From Paraspadella gotoi (Eukaryota > Animalia > Chaetognatha): DNA of 64,000 nt. Made by a program: the position numbers and the translations under genes. Positions 23,921 through 38,300 of this stretch are shown here, one piece after another. Numbering within the stretch: position 1 is the first letter of the stretch; each line of letters begins with the position of its first letter. The stretch is taken from NCBI GenBank assembly GCA_051294375.1, contig CM119264.1, positions 25,298,051 to 25,362,050 of the forward strand. Direction: 5' to 3'. The notes under the pieces were generated by a model. The model searched no databases. It was not told the DNA's origin and worked only from the letters and a program-made list of their open reading frames with translations.

Positions 23921-25742
23921 TCGGATTTTATTCTGTTTAAAAATGTACCGATCAAATATCATGTATCATGTATCAAATATCATGTATTATGTATTCGTCT
24001 CTAAAAAATTGTCAGCGAACAATCCTGGAGCCTTCCGGAGTAAAGTCTTAATCAAGCTTTTTTTTTACTACCTTCAAGGTTAAGCGATCAATCAAGCAGC
24101 CTTTCCTCCCTCGGCCTCCGTGCTAAATCAAGCAGCTTTCCTCGCCCCCCCCCCTTTCCATTCGCGCTGAGTTCGAAAACACGCAGTTTTTTTTCTTTTG
24201 CTCTGACCCGACCCTTTAGGCCAAGGACGAAAGGATGGAGAGAAGGAAAATGGGGTTTATGGGGCGACGGGTTTAGAGGTGAATAATGGGGCAGCGCCTT
24301 CAGGGGTGAGAAGGGGCTGAGGGGCGGTCGAGGGCATAAGGAAGAACTTGTGCAAGACCGCAAACCGTCTTTGATGTCATATTTGTATTAGGGCATTGTA
24401 ATATGTTCACCCCGACTTTAAGCATGACACCTGTTGTCGTTACCCGGTGGCTCATTGAGTAATACAATCAGCATACGACCATTAGGTACCGGGTATTTAC
24501 CCTGCGGGAAGCTTGAGGACACCCGCAAACCGCCTTGTGGGCCTGAAAATCTCTCAAGACTGGTTCTTAGCCCAGAACCCGTTCCATGGCTGCTAGTGGG
24601 GGTTAAAAAAGTTTCCGATAGCACTCTTAATATTCACCTTAGTTTTATTTAAAAGTAAGACATGTTTAAATCAAACTCCGGGATAATTTTATATTGTTTT
24701 TAAGGAACTATGGAAAACAATTGTTTTGGGTCAATTCGTCCACCAGACATTCAAACAATCAATCAATCGATACAGTTAGTCAGTTAATCATCTATTCACT
24801 TACTGTGTCAATCAATCAATCAATCAATCCGTCCTTCTCTCTTTTCTGCATTTTTTCTCTTCCACCGATTGACGCGGGGAAAAGGAATCGAAATGGGAAT
24901 TCAGCCTTGAAACGAATCCAGATTCGGAACAAGAAACAAAAAAAAATCAGGATTGAAAAGTTGAGAGCAGCAATCGTTCGCAACCCCATCCGCCTCCACC
25001 CAATCTCCCACCAACTCATCCCCACCACCTCATCCACCACCACCCAATCCACTGCATCCTTCTCTTTGACGCCTCTGAGTCGCTGCATCGAGGACCCAGC
25101 TCAAACCCTTTGCGAAGAGAGAGAGAGAGAGAAGAAGAGAGAGACGGAGAGAGATGAGAGAAGAGATGGAGAGGAGAGGAGAGGAGAGAGGAGAGAGAGA
25201 AGAGAAAGGGATTTGAGGATTGGAAATCAAACAATGATGGGAGAGCCGGAAGTGGAAGGGTTAGAATTTAAAAGGAGAATGAAGATTGATATTTGAAGAG
25301 AAAAGGGCGAGAAAAAGAATGAAGAAATTAAAAGAGAGGATATATAAAGAATATGAATTAAAAATAAACTAAACATAATTAAAAAAAGTAAGATATTATT
25401 TTAAAGGAATATAAAAGTGAAAAAAAAGGAATATAAAAGTGAAAAAAAAAAGGAAAATCAAAGGAAAAAGAATACAGCGGGTAAAAAAAGAAGATGAAAA
25501 AAAAGTAAAAAGAAGAAAATGGGAGCCAAATCTCTGTGAACCTTGTCCAGAGGAGATTGCAGGGATTGAGAAAACTTCAAGCCTCGCTTGCTTGCATGCT
25601 TGCCTCGTTTGCTTTTCAAAGATAGTATTTCATACGAGCACCGTCTGTTTTTTTTTCACTTCACGTGTTTCCGGCGGCAGGGATCGAGTGTTGTTGTTGA
25701 TGTTGTTGTTGATAATGATGATGTTGTTGTTGTTGTTGTTGT

Positions 25743-25792
<50 letters not shown>

Positions 25793-25858
25793 GTGACCAT
25801 GATGATATTGATGATGATTAGCTAATAAAATCGATATAAAAATATAAAAATACTCTAT

Positions 25859-26028
25859 ATGTTCCTACTGAGTAATACGAAAATACTAAAATTTGCATGC
25901 TCATTTCTTAGAGGTATAAAATACTACATGTACACATGTTACGACATGTGATACAAGTGTAAGTATTTATACTCTAAGAAATGAGCATGCCAAAAATTTA
26001 GTATTTTCGTATTACTCAGTAGGAACAT
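25859..26028. mobile_element. 170-bp near-perfect palindrome; fold-back/MITE-like element or hairpin-RNA locus
   Basis: atgttcctactgagtaatacgaaaatactaaa..gcatgctcatttcttagag (left) pairs with ctctaagaaatgagcatgc..tttagtattttcgtattactcagtaggaacat (right). Pairing continues inward to cacatgt-tacg-acatgtg. The palindrome itself is certain; the MITE identity is inferred. Confidence 0.6.
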
Positions 26029-27829
26029 TCCATTCAAACTCTGGCATTTTCTTGGAAAATGAAAGAAATATTATTTTGTCTCCGCGTGAATCCAATCTTT
26101 CCGATATAAACCTCCCGCGCGAATCTTCCTTCTTCTCGACCATAAATGCGTCAAAGTTGCCATCGACGCCATTACTGCCAGAGAATTGCCATCTCTCCCC
26201 GGTGTCAAATTTCTAGCCCCCCACGTTGCCACTTGACGAACCACTCACCGCCACTCCCCGTTTAGTGTTCGCCCTTCGCCCCGCGTTACCATTGATTCAA
26301 ATTTGTGGGATTTTATGGCAATGACAAAGACGATAACGACGACGAGCGAATGACGCACGGACTTGAGAAATCTCACAAAGTGAGACGTGTTTTGTTGGAT
26401 TGTAACCTCAGAATAAACACTGAAAAGTGAAAAAAAAAATAATAGCAATTAAAGGATTGTTAAGGAAGTAATACGGTTAAAAACTAGAGTTGAAACCTAA
26501 AAAAAGTGAAAGTATGTGTTACAAAAAATATGTAAAAACACATGAAAACGAATTTAATAATTAAAAACGACTTATAGAAAAATATAATAAAAAAAGAAAA
26601 GAAAAAAGGTTGGTAAGGAATTAAACGCTTAACTTTTGTTTTTTTACCGAATAAAAAGAATGAGGGGAGGAAATAAGACCATCAATGGTGACTGACTGAC
26701 TGTTTGGTATTGAGCGTTGGTTTTAGGAGGAAATTGTTGCGTGTTGAATGTTGCGCTGGAAGAGATTACATTTCTTCTGTCGGTAAACATCGGCATTTTA
26801 GTGATAAATAGTAAAAGTCATTAGCTGATTAGGATACCAATATTTTGCTCCCTTAATAAGAGCAAAAAGATAGAATACATACATTGATTTTCGGTGGAAA
26901 AAAATAGCTCCGGCTCCAAGAGCATCCAGTAACGGTTTTATTTTCAAAATAAATATGTACATTTAACTGTGCATTTGCCTTTTGTTGTTTTCGTTTAATG
27001 GCGTCGGGTGAGCGATTTAGCTCTCGAATAAAACTGTCGTGGAATCCATCTCGTTTGTTGCCGCAAAAAAAAAAAAAAAAAAGGGACGGGAAAACTCTTA
27101 ACGCAGCGACGCAACCCGCAATAGCTCAGAATGTTTTACATCTCTCGAACAGAAAATACCCCTCCATCACAAACGATGTAAAAATAAAACTTAAATTTCA
27201 TATTATAGCGTCATTTATTCAAAATGCAAGAATAAGAATCAGGTTGTCCCAAAAGTATTTAATTATGGTCAAATTTAACTTGGAATGAGGTCAACTTTTT
27301 CGAGAACGTAAAAAAATAAGCAGTATGTAATAAGGTAAAAAAAAAAAACTCAAACTAACACATACGAAGGAACTTTGAATAAAAAAAAAAGAAAACCACG
27401 AATTAGAAATGAGGCAAGAAAAAAAAAGAGCAACGCTGAATGAAAACCGCGCGAAAAACGCAGATGCGGAGTTGGCGTCATCGTGAATCTTTCACCTGGA
27501 GGTGGCGTCACGCCAACAGAGGTGATGACGCTCGTCGAAACGACGCTCTTAACGATGCGCATTAAGAAGGAAACGAATACCTTTTGTTTGCGACGGTAAT
27601 TCAAGTAAAATCAATGTTAATGTCAGTTTTTGTGTTTTATATTTGTGTATTAATGAGTAAAACATCGGGGTTAATCCACAAAGTTAACCAATAAAAAATA
27701 TTCGCGTTTTAAACCAAATTTAATTTTCTTTTCGCTTTTTTTTTTAAAGTCTCATTGGTTTTGTTGGTGATGAAAGAACCGTAAAAAAAAGGAAACCTCA
27801 TTTCCTCCCAAAAAGTTGAAGACGACAAC

Positions 27830-28215
27830 GACATCTATGGTGGGATGACGAAAACGACGATGAAGATGACGACGAAGAAGAAGAATATGACGTTAACGAA
27901 GAACGAGAAAAGACGATGAAAGCGAAGAAGATGATGATGAAGACGACGAAAACGACGAAGACGACGACGATGAAAACGACGACAAAGAAAAAGACGATGA
28001 AGACGACGAAAACGACGACATAGAAGATGATTATGACGTTAACGAAGAACGAGAAAAGACGACGAAAGCGAAGATGAAAACGACGACTAAGAAGAAGATG
28101 ATGAAGACGACAAAAACGACGAAGACGACGACATAGAAGAAGATAAAGACGACAAAACAAAGTTGAAAGGACGAAAAGGAAGAAGACAAAGACGATGATG
28201 ACGACGACGACGATA
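27830..28215. repeat. Complex (GAC/GAA/GAT) low-complexity tract with a 146-bp internal duplication
   Basis: tatgacgttaacgaagaacgagaaaagacga occurs at 27886 and 28032. A similar tract in the opposite orientation lies at ~50550-50945. Confidence 0.85.
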
Positions 28216-28484
28216 ATGCCGAAGAATAAAGTTTTTAGTTAAGAAAAAACTAACAAAAAACCGTATTTTTGTTTTGGTTTCTTTGTTGTTTTTCTTTTTT
28301 TGCTCTTTTTTTTTTTTTGCATTTTTTTGGTTTTGGTGGAGCAAACGACGCCGCCTGTCGTGACGCCGGCGCTAAAATCCGGCGTCGCAAGAGGAAAAAA
28401 ATCCGGGAACGACGCCGCTTGGAATCGCTGGAAAGCGAGAGGCGCGAAATGACGCCGCAAGAAGGAAGGGAAACACGTGGCGCC

Positions 28485-28516
<32 letters not shown>

Positions 28517-28671
28517 CGACGCGAGCGCGAGAGAAAGAGAGACGAGGTCAGCGACGACGAGAGCGACGATGGAAGAACGACGACGCCAACGACGACGACG
28601 GTGACACTGGGAAATATTGAGGTTGGGAGGCGGAGCGTGAGATTGACGTGAGGGGGAGAGATGAAGGAAAA

Positions 28672-28787
<116 letters not shown>

Positions 28788-30020
28788 AGGGAAAAGCGAA
28801 AACAATCTCAATCTAATGCGCTCGGAACGAAAAAGGATCAGTGAGTTCACAGATGCGGCATTTGCAGTCACTCGTATGGTAAGTAAAAGTGTAGCAATTG
28901 TTTGCGGAAGTTTTGACATTGATTTGGTAGAAATGTTTCTCGCTCAACGGCTGATCCGTCATTTGGTCTAATTGCGTCAAATAAACTTACCACCGAAAGT
29001 TTTAAACCTATCATTTTTTTTACCTCCTTGCAAACTTACCCCGTATCTTCTTTTCGTCCAACTTTTACCGTCATAACCTTTCTTACCTCATTAACTTACC
29101 TTTCTCCAAAATCTGTCTCTGCAGAGATGCGTCTTCGCGTCTCGTGAATGTGAACGGGATACTCACCCCATTTTTCTTTACATCTTCCTCTGTGAAGCGA
29201 GTCGACGGGCCATGAGTCGACAGGTCATCCGGGTCATCGGGTCAAAGGTCGGAGGGGTCAGGGCGTTGTGAGGTTTCGTTGGCGCCGCCTTCAGGACCCG
29301 GAAATCGAGATAAACATAGGAAGCTCGGTGAACGTAGGAAAAAGGAAGAGAGAAAGTAAAAGCGAGGATGGGATAGAAAGAGAGAAAGAAAGAAGGAAAG
29401 ATAGAAAGAGAAAAAGACAAGAAAGCAGAGCAGGAAGAGAAAGAAGAGAAGAAGAGAAAGAAAGTAAAGGACGGAAGAAACTAAAGAAAATAAAGAAAGA
29501 AAAATGAAGGAAAAATAAAGAAGAGAAGGAAGAAAAAGTGGAGCGTGAAAGGAGGATAGACGTTAGATCATCGTCGCTAGAGTGGAACGACCATAATTAA
29601 AGGGGGCGAGAAGAGGACCAAGAGCAAAAAGAAGAGGAGAAGAGAGAGAGAGAAGGGAGGAGAGAGAAGAGAGAGAAGAGTTAGAGAGATTGGAGAGAGA
29701 GAGCAGAGAGAGAGACGAGAGGAAAGAGGGGAAGAAAGAGGATAAGGAAGAGATGAGAAGAGAGAGAGAGTAGAGAGAGAGGAGAGAGAGAAGAAAGAGA
29801 GAACGTGCAAAAACAGGAAATCGCCAGATAAATAGCGTAGTCCCCTTCAGACACCATATTCTGAGGACGCGACAATCCATTCCCTTGATTATGATGTGGG
29901 AGATTCCGCCTAAAGGACTTCATATCTGGAGAAAATCAAACTAGCAAGCGAACGGTAGAGAGACAACCGCATGAGAGAGACGAAGAAAGCCAGAGAGAGA
30001 GGAGAGAGATGTTTATGTTA

Positions 30021-30375
30021 TTAGAGAGAGAGAGAGAGAGAGAAGAGAGGTGGAAGAAGGCGCAGAAAGTATAGCGGGGAATATGGGAGAGATAGAAGAT
30101 TGAGCGCATAGGCAGTCAGGGTAAGATGGACAAGAATGATTAAGGATGCAAAGAAAAAAAGAGGAGAAAAAAGAAAAAGAAAAAAAAAAGACAAAGAAGA
30201 AAAAAGAGAAAGAAAAAGAACAAACAAAGAGAAAGAGAAGGAAAGAGAAAAAAGAAAAGAAAAAAGCAGAAAAAAGAATAAAGAAACAAGCGAAGAGAGG
30301 AAGAAAGAAAAGGCAAAAAAATAGAGAGAATTGAGAAGGACGCAGAAGTGAGACCAAGTTTAAGGGGAGAGAGAA
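30021..30375 (+). repeat. Direct duplication; second copy at ~48628-48980
   Basis: Both copies share gaatatgggagagatag..attgagcg..gtcagggtaagatgga…aatagagagaattgagaag..cgcagaagtgagac(c)aagtttaag. Confidence 0.85.
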
Positions 30376-30469
30376 TCCAATTCTGGGTTAATTCGTGATA
30401 GTTTTGCATGGAAAAACGCCTTGTCCCGAGGGTTAACAATCAAATAATCCGAAAGTTAGAAAGCACCGA

Positions 30470-32350
30470 AGACTGTGACCAGGTGGATAGAAAATCCGAA
30501 AAAAACATTTTGAAAAAAATAAATACGACTGCACTGCGAGAGTTTTACAGTAAATAGTTTTTTATACTTTGTATTTTCCATATATTAAGCCACCAATAAG
30601 ACCAGTGATGAAAATGAACTGTTATCGATGTCAGAATTCAGGTGAATCTTTTCATGTTTTAAAAAATAAACCTTCACAAAGCGTATTATTTTTCGCATAA
30701 GAAAAAATCTTAAAAAAAGGACGAGACTGCCCTTCAATGATAAAAAACCAAATATGGATGGAATGATAACTACAATATTTGAATGCGATGAATAACCAAA
30801 GGATTGAATGTGAATAATAACCAAATGATTAGATGGGCGTATGATAGTGCACATTCAATTGAACGTGATGAACATCTCCCAGGGCTTGGAACGATGAGCA
30901 CATTTCTAAGAGCCAATTAAGTATTAATCATCATGATACTGGGCAGCCTTAATCGATAGGAAAATTTTGAATGATTATAGCATGCCAATTTCATTCAAAT
31001 AATCGATAAATCTGTTCAAAAGGTTATGGCAAAAAGACCGGATCCCGCGAAAAAAACTCCCGCGCATATAAAACCGATCAACTTCTCGCGGTTAAAATTT
31101 GAGAGCTCATTTTGGAATCCAACAAGGATTGTAAGCTACGCGTAGTTACTTCTACTCAGAATGCGCCCGCCGTCGGTTCAAGCTATAGGATCCAGCCAAC
31201 GGTGAAACGTTTCGGAGCAAATTGCGGGGCACAGTGGAATCCAACGACGGTGTATGGCCGGAAGCAAGGAGACGTAATGACGCGAATTAGGGCTCTGCAG
31301 ATAATCAGAGTCAGAGAGTTCAGAGAAGTAAGAACGAAGGCAGCAAGACGGAGAGAAGAGATGGTCGAAGGAGAGTCAACAGAAGTAAGTAAGGAGATAG
31401 AGAATAGATGCCAAGTTTGAGACTTGCTCATGCTAATACGACCAGAACTGATAAATGTATAGAGCGAGAGATAGTCTAGCAGAGGTAAGGACTGAGAGAT
31501 AGATGAGACAGAAAATCATGATCTATATGGGACCCTAAAGGAGAGTATGGTATGGTTCGATAAGAATTATAGTATATATTATGTATCTTTACTATCTTTT
31601 TTGCACAATTAACCGGGTCTTTCTTGGAGAAGGAAAATAAACCAAATCAGCGAGTGAGGGAAATTCGTAAAACATTGAAAGGAAAGTTAACGCGGGTATT
31701 CTATATAAAATATTAAAGATTTATAAGCTGTATAGGTAGATTTATAACGATATATACACGATGGGAATGCAGTCTTTGTGGTATAGTAAATCTTATGAGA
31801 GACTTCACCAGGAACATAGAGTTACCATAACTATGAGTATATACTTAACTGTTCTATAGTTTTACACAAAAATATAATATTTATGATACCATATAACAAC
31901 ATTTAAATCTAGTAAACTAATTTTTCAAGTTGTATCACATTCTCGTTTGTTACAGGCTAGGCAAAGATATAGTAAGAAAAAAACAAAGTTATGCCTACCG
32001 GGGTTAAATAGCCTTGAAGGTTTATCCATACATCATGGTGCTTGAAGCCCGTTTACATAAACACTGGTATAAGCACTTTTTATCCATTTGAAAACTATGA
32101 GTCGACTCTGATGGTCCAAGGACCAAGGTGGATTATACTCGCTTTTCGCCATGGAGAGATTTCTTATTTTACACAAAGTGTATGGTTTTAACTTGTTGTA
32201 GGTCATTAGGTCCTTTATTATGTGTTAGTTTCGCGTATATCATAATTCTGTGTATTCTCATCCTAATTATTATCGCTTAGTTTCTTTATCTGTCATATAT
32301 CTCTATATCATAGTTTTTCCTAAAGACTCTGGTTATTAAATACGCATTAC
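30470..32350 (+). repeat. Noisy ~1.4-1.9 kb direct duplication; other copy at ~39260-40620
   Basis: Collinear anchors: aaatacgactgcact, gatgtcagaattca.gtgaatcttttcatgttttaaaa, aaccaaaggattga, tccaacaag, ttttacacaaagt. The first copy is insertion-rich. Confidence 0.85.
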
Positions 32351-35300
32351 GCTTTTAATGGAGGGAATATTGTGTCTCAATTCCTAGCGTTTGCACACTC
32401 TATTGTTTTTATAGGGAGTCCTTAAAATTCACTTGATTTGATATTGTTCGATAAAAAGGAACATAAATAATGGTTCGGAACCCAAAGTTTAATACCATCC
32501 GTAGAAATACAGTCCAATAACCTCATTTTACCGGAATCGCAACTACTCTCTAACAAAATCCTCTCTAAAAGTAACTTGATTAAGAGATAATGATATTAGA
32601 ACTTAGCAGACATGAGGAAGGAATTTATATCCACGCGTACTATTTAACACTTTCTATGTCACGCTAATTTTACATAGGGATTTATTTGGGCAATCTGCTC
32701 CAATAGATTAAATTTTATAACCAACAAAAAATCGGCGCGACATTGTACCCGAAATAAAAAGCGCATTGCACGGAACCTATGTTTTACGGGAGAGAAGCGA
32801 GAGATTCCAGAACACGAGATTTGCAGCCTGGTCGCTAGATTGTCACCCATCTTTAAGGCTATAATAAAGTTATGAGGACTCCATGATTGATAGCGAATGA
32901 TTAGTACAGGTCTCGATGATATTTAGTTGATGCATGACAGTGATCAGTATGATTTATTGAGATTTCTACTGATAGTACTGTCGATTGTACATCTAGCCAT
33001 GTGGAAAATTCACTTCATAATTCTTACGTACTATATCTAGAGACAAAATACAAAAATGTCGATGTAATCGCAGAAGAATTGAAAGAGATAGAGAGGAATA
33101 AGAAGAATATAACCCTCAAAATGCTCTACAATAAACTCGGAAAGTAAATATTATGGGAATTTTGTCAATTACCTCTTCTCGATTATATTCCAATTTTCGT
33201 TTCGAGAGATTCATTGCATTCGGTTGTGCATCAAATTTAGTCGAAAAACGTCAATTTTACGTCATTCGTCAATTATTTGTCGTCGTATATTCACTGTTCG
33301 TACGTCTCTAGGCGGTCAATTTTTTAAGGGCATCGTATATATTTTCGGAGACGTTATCAGGTTTTTTTTCGCCTACGACTAAAAGTCATTGTTCGTTAAA
33401 AAAAATACCGCTATCGTGCGGGTGTCGTCTATAAATCTGTTCTTTACTCGGTCGTCTTTTTCATTTTCGAGTCGCTATGTGATTCGATACCGTATATTGC
33501 ATCCGAGAAGACATGATAAGTATCGAGCATAACGTAATAGAGTCTTTGAACGAGAGAGGGTCACGTGTACGCACATATGGCCTGCATTTTATGCGATGTC
33601 GACGGATACCGGTATGTATCCTTTCGGTACGACCTCTCATCCGATAGCGTGCGCGGAATATAGGCGCTTAGTCTCGAGTAGAACAATCTATGTCGAGAGT
33701 TTTTAAAACCATAAGTACCAGGGATATATCATTTATTTCGCGGATCTTGTGCGATATTATACTATTTGTCCTGTCGCCTGATTCGTCTTCTTTTTTCGCC
33801 GTTGTTTACATGTTATCTATGATTTTTTTAAGGTTCGTGAGGGACGTGGCGAGCGGCTATACGACATCTGAGGCCTAGCTGCTCGGGGTTTAAATAGGTT
33901 GTTTCATTATCTTCTCGCGCGTGTGGTCTTAGAGATCGAGTTCGAGGCTCGGCGTCTGTCATAATGAGCGATATATCACAATCCAGATGTGAACCGGAAA
34001 TCCAGGACCCAGCGTCTTTTGGAGATGTAGACTAGCGTGCCGATATATTGGCAGTATGTATGCGCGAGATTCTGTCATTTACAGTAATCCTATGGAACCA
34101 GCTTTCTGAGCAAACGTGTGAATCAAGGAGAAAACACTGATTGGTCACACACCACGTACCGGTAACAAAACGAGAACCCGAACAGAGTAATGACGAGCAC
34201 CGGAGAGGAGCAGAGTGAGAGAAGAGAGAAGTAGCCAAGGATCGTAGAGATATATCAGAAGTTGCGACGGACGAGAGTGCACCGATGGAACGAACGACCG
34301 CAACTGACGCCGAGCAGTGTTGAGATGGTAGAGCTCGCGGTATGTTCAAGACCACGATTTTGAATAAGGATGGTTATGAAGAGAAAACGAAATTTTGGTA
34401 GAATTAATGAGAGGAGTGAAAGGGACGCGAGAGAGAAGGTATGAGGAAGATAGTGTTAACCTGGGATCGAGGGGGAGAGAATTGAATAGGAAAATTTAGA
34501 TAGGGATGTGATATGAGAGGAGAGAAGAGAGCCTATGGCATTTGCAATAGGGGGCAGCTCTGAAACCCGTAGATGGATATTCGCAGGAAATGCGACTAAG
34601 ATGTATTAACTATAAGTGTAAGGTACCCCGAAAGAGATGACGAGACGTCAATTGAAACTGCAAGAACCTGAGATACGGGTTGCCCAATTTTAAAATACCG
34701 TGAGAGGTAAGAAGCAATTAATTCTTAAACACTCTCGTTTTTTAGGATCCGAGGGCGGGCCGGATTCGCGCATTTCTAGACAATGCTTATTTTTTAATTG
34801 AAGTCCTCATCTGTGAAGTAACTTACGTCAGCCGTTATCGAAAATATCACACGCATTGACCCCTTCCGGGAAAGCGGCAGAAACCTGTTAAAAGATAAGG
34901 CCGTAGGGTAGATCGAGCTGTGCATTCTCATTCCTTAAGAATAGCCGCGCTTCCATTGCTCTGCCTTCCTGTCAACCAATATTTCTACCTATGCGTTCCA
35001 GGAGGTATATTTACAAATTAATAAGAGTCAGACTGCTTTTTAAAGACAATTTAAAACAGGGCAACCATCCCAGCAAGCTTTCCTAGCCTTGCAAGTATCA
35101 ACGATGCCAGTAAAAACACCACAAAAAAAAGAAGTTGTTTTCTTTGTCGATTGTGTTTTATAAAAAACAAAAAAACCGAAACGTAAGGCCATGACAAATG
35201 CAGTATTTCACCAAACGGAGGTCATTTGATTGCTTTATTTAAAGCCAATCAATTGAGTATAATTGCATGACTTTTTGATATTGTTTCCATAATTTTTTTT

Positions 35301-38300
35301 GGTGAATCTGTGTTATGGAGATGGTATGGAAGAAAGTCAGGAACAGCTAAAACGCTTATCCGAAACCATCCAGCCCGTAACCTATGACCTTATTGAGAAT
35401 AATGATTATGTATCTAAAATTTTTACAAGATCTATCAGGTCCCTTTCTTGGGAAACAGGCCGGAAAAAATCGGCGCTCTGAGCCAGTTCATTTTAAATGC
35501 TCCCCGGAGTGCCGTGTTGTATGGCGATCCTGAGTCCTAGTCAATAATGAGAGAAAAAAGTTTCGATCTGGCGCTCTGGGAATATATTAACTCCTGAATT
35601 GGCACTCCCAAAGGTATTGCGCGCCGACACTTTCAAAATTTCTGCCCATGAGTTGTAACTGATATGACTTGTTGTGTTCTGGGGGCGCTTGTAGCTATGC
35701 AAGTATATTTCGAAGATCAGAAGTCGAATATTACTCAGCAAACACTCTGTGAGAATAACGGCGAATGTTTAACAGGAAAAAACCGTCCTGCGATTTCGAT
35801 CATGACGATTAGCGTGGGTCATCGGGTTCTTTCTACTCCGTCCCAAAAGAAATACTCGATTACCGTTTCTTTAAATCTAAGTCATCCACATGCTATATTA
35901 ATACTACACAAAAATCGGCCTATTACATATGGCGAGCAGCGCTACACTTATTTATAATTACGTAGACAGGACGTAAGGTTTACATCATACGGAATTAAGA
36001 ACTCTTTTCTCTTCTTTTTTGTGATGAGTTTCCGATTATTTGTTTCTTTTCTCATTTATTACTTTTAAGGTGAGTGGGCGTCGCGTGGTGAAGTGCGGGG
36101 TGAGAATGAACGTAACGCAAGTTTTTTTCTGTGAGCGGTCGCTGTGAGGTCTTGGGTTCGGGTGGGTCGGTGTGAGGTGGGGGTGGCGCCGGTCATATGC
36201 GCTATGAGTATGCATGCAGGGAATGACCCTGGAGATGAAGTGATAGACGATAGTAATGGACCTGTCTAAGGACGTAGAAAGTGCCCAGTACATGCCCAGT
36301 CCTTGAGTGGATGAGATACAAGGTCAGGTGTGTAATCGAAGGGATGGGATAGAGAAGAGAAAAGAATGAAGATCCAAACGAGAGGACAGAAGGAAAGAAA
36401 GGAGAGCGATAGAGAAATATGAAATGAAAGAATAAGGGAAATGACAAGAAGTAGAAGTGAAGCTGAGGGAGCGGAACGAATTACCTAAGGAGGAAAATTA
36501 AGGAAGAAGAGAGTGAGAAGGTGATAAAAAAAATAGAAAAGAAAAAAGAGAAGATGAAAGTACGGAGGCTGGGTTAGAGAAAAGAAGAGGATGGCGTTTT
36601 AGAAGTTCCAGTCTCAACGGCAAGGTCTGGAACAACAATTCCAAAATTAAGGGTGCGTAGGTAATGTCATACCGACAGAGAGAGAGAATGAGCCATGAGA
36701 TGGAGAGAGAGAGAAGAGGAAGTAGAGATAGAGTAAGGTTAAGATATGATTGGTGATCTGGTCTGAAGTGAATGCTACTCGAGTAACGGATACAGTAGAA
36801 GAGATTGAGAGAGAGAGAGAAGAAGATCGAGAGAGAGGAGGAAGGATACGAAGAGTAGCAGAAGAGGAGGAAGAGGAGAGAGGATCGAAGGAACGATAGG
36901 CTAGACTACTATGTAATCATAGTAAAAAAATCGTGTGTAGAGATGAGAGCAAGTCTAAAACAATAAACAAGTATCTCGTAAATACGTGTACACTATGAAG
37001 AAGCAGACGAAAAAAGAAGCAGAAAGTTGGGAATAATATCAATGACATGGAATAACACATAATATAATTCAGGATTAAATATTTACCCGCGTTTAGTCCT
37101 CCTCCCACTTATTATACATGACATACTTATACCGTTCGTTACAAAGAGCACTATTACCCTATCAACCTCTGAGGCCGCGGTCGGGCACCATCCAATTCTC
37201 CATCCCTTGTTATCGAATGAGGGGCTTAACTTGCTTTTCATACACTTTTTATACTGTAGAAAATAAACTCTCGCAAAAAAATAATGTGACGCTCAAATTT
37301 TCTGTGTATTTATATGGGTAGTTATTTTAAATTTTGGTTTTGCAAAGAGAGTATATAGAGAATTGTACGTGAAACACGAGATGAACCGATTAAGAGGTAG
37401 TACCAGAAAAATATTTCCGAAAAGAGTGAGTAGCAGTATTGTTATGATTTTAGTTACAAGCAGCAGGACCGCAGACGAGAGTGGCAAAGGCAGAGCTTCA
37501 AGAATTGCTTAGCGGAATATTCGGGCCGAGTCAAGATACGCCGAGATCTCGGACCGGCCGGCCCACACCCTAATTAAGAGACTGAGAGCTTCCAGGTGTA
37601 AGTATGGCAAGTACTTGAATTTACTCTGGAGGCCACAATCACAGAAACTCAAATTTTTAATCCAATTTTCTCTCCTAACGTAGAGAATCTTCTCTCCTCT
37701 ACACTGTCACACTACTCTCCCACTCTTTCTCGAATTCGTCAAACCTGCACACTGAGAAAACCAAGGAATATCCGCATCCTTCACTCAAAAGAACGATACA
37801 GACCTAAAAATAAGCAACAAAACACAACCACCACAGCAATACCAAACATCTTTCATGCGCGTCAATTGAGGTACTCTCAATCCATATAACAAAACGAAGG
37901 AAAAGAAAAAATTCAGAATAACTCCACCCATCTTACTATCTTCTTATTCAATTACATAGGGGGAAATATATAGTAGATTCTGTTAATCTATCACATCTTC
38001 TCTTTCTCTCTCTCTCTCCATCCTCTCCTACTCTCATCTCCTCTCTCTCAGTATAGAAAAATAAGCTCAAGCCTCTCTATGCTCATCGTCTGTTAATGGC
38101 GCTATCTCTCATCTCTCTCTCTCCTTCTCTCTACTTATCTTTAAAATAGCAAGAAAAGAGAGCACGAGATGTGATTCGAATCTTTCACTCTGACCATTTA
38201 ATATCTTCAATTTTTATGGACAAAGAAACATTCCATACAAGTAATCTCTTCGCGTCATTCTACAGGTGGCCATTATTACTGCCAACCTTATAAAGTACAT

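Noticed and set aside
25690-25820. Poly-His/Gln, poly-Met or poly-Asp protein
   Set aside because: It is a (GAT)n/(GTT)n microsatellite; flanking frames contain stops and no clear splice sites.
27830-28215. Asp/Glu-rich (biomineralisation-type) protein
   Set aside because: The acidic frame breaks at the same position in both duplicated units (period 146 bp, not a multiple of 3), which argues against random error and against coding.
29168-29340. Minus-strand exon ending at GGG|GTGAGT
   Set aside because: It needs a frameshift, has no clear acceptor, and gives no recognisable product.
36660-38130. Possible additional fold-back centred ~37420
   Set aside because: Only a few short anchors match by eye, which is too noisy to support without a computed alignment.
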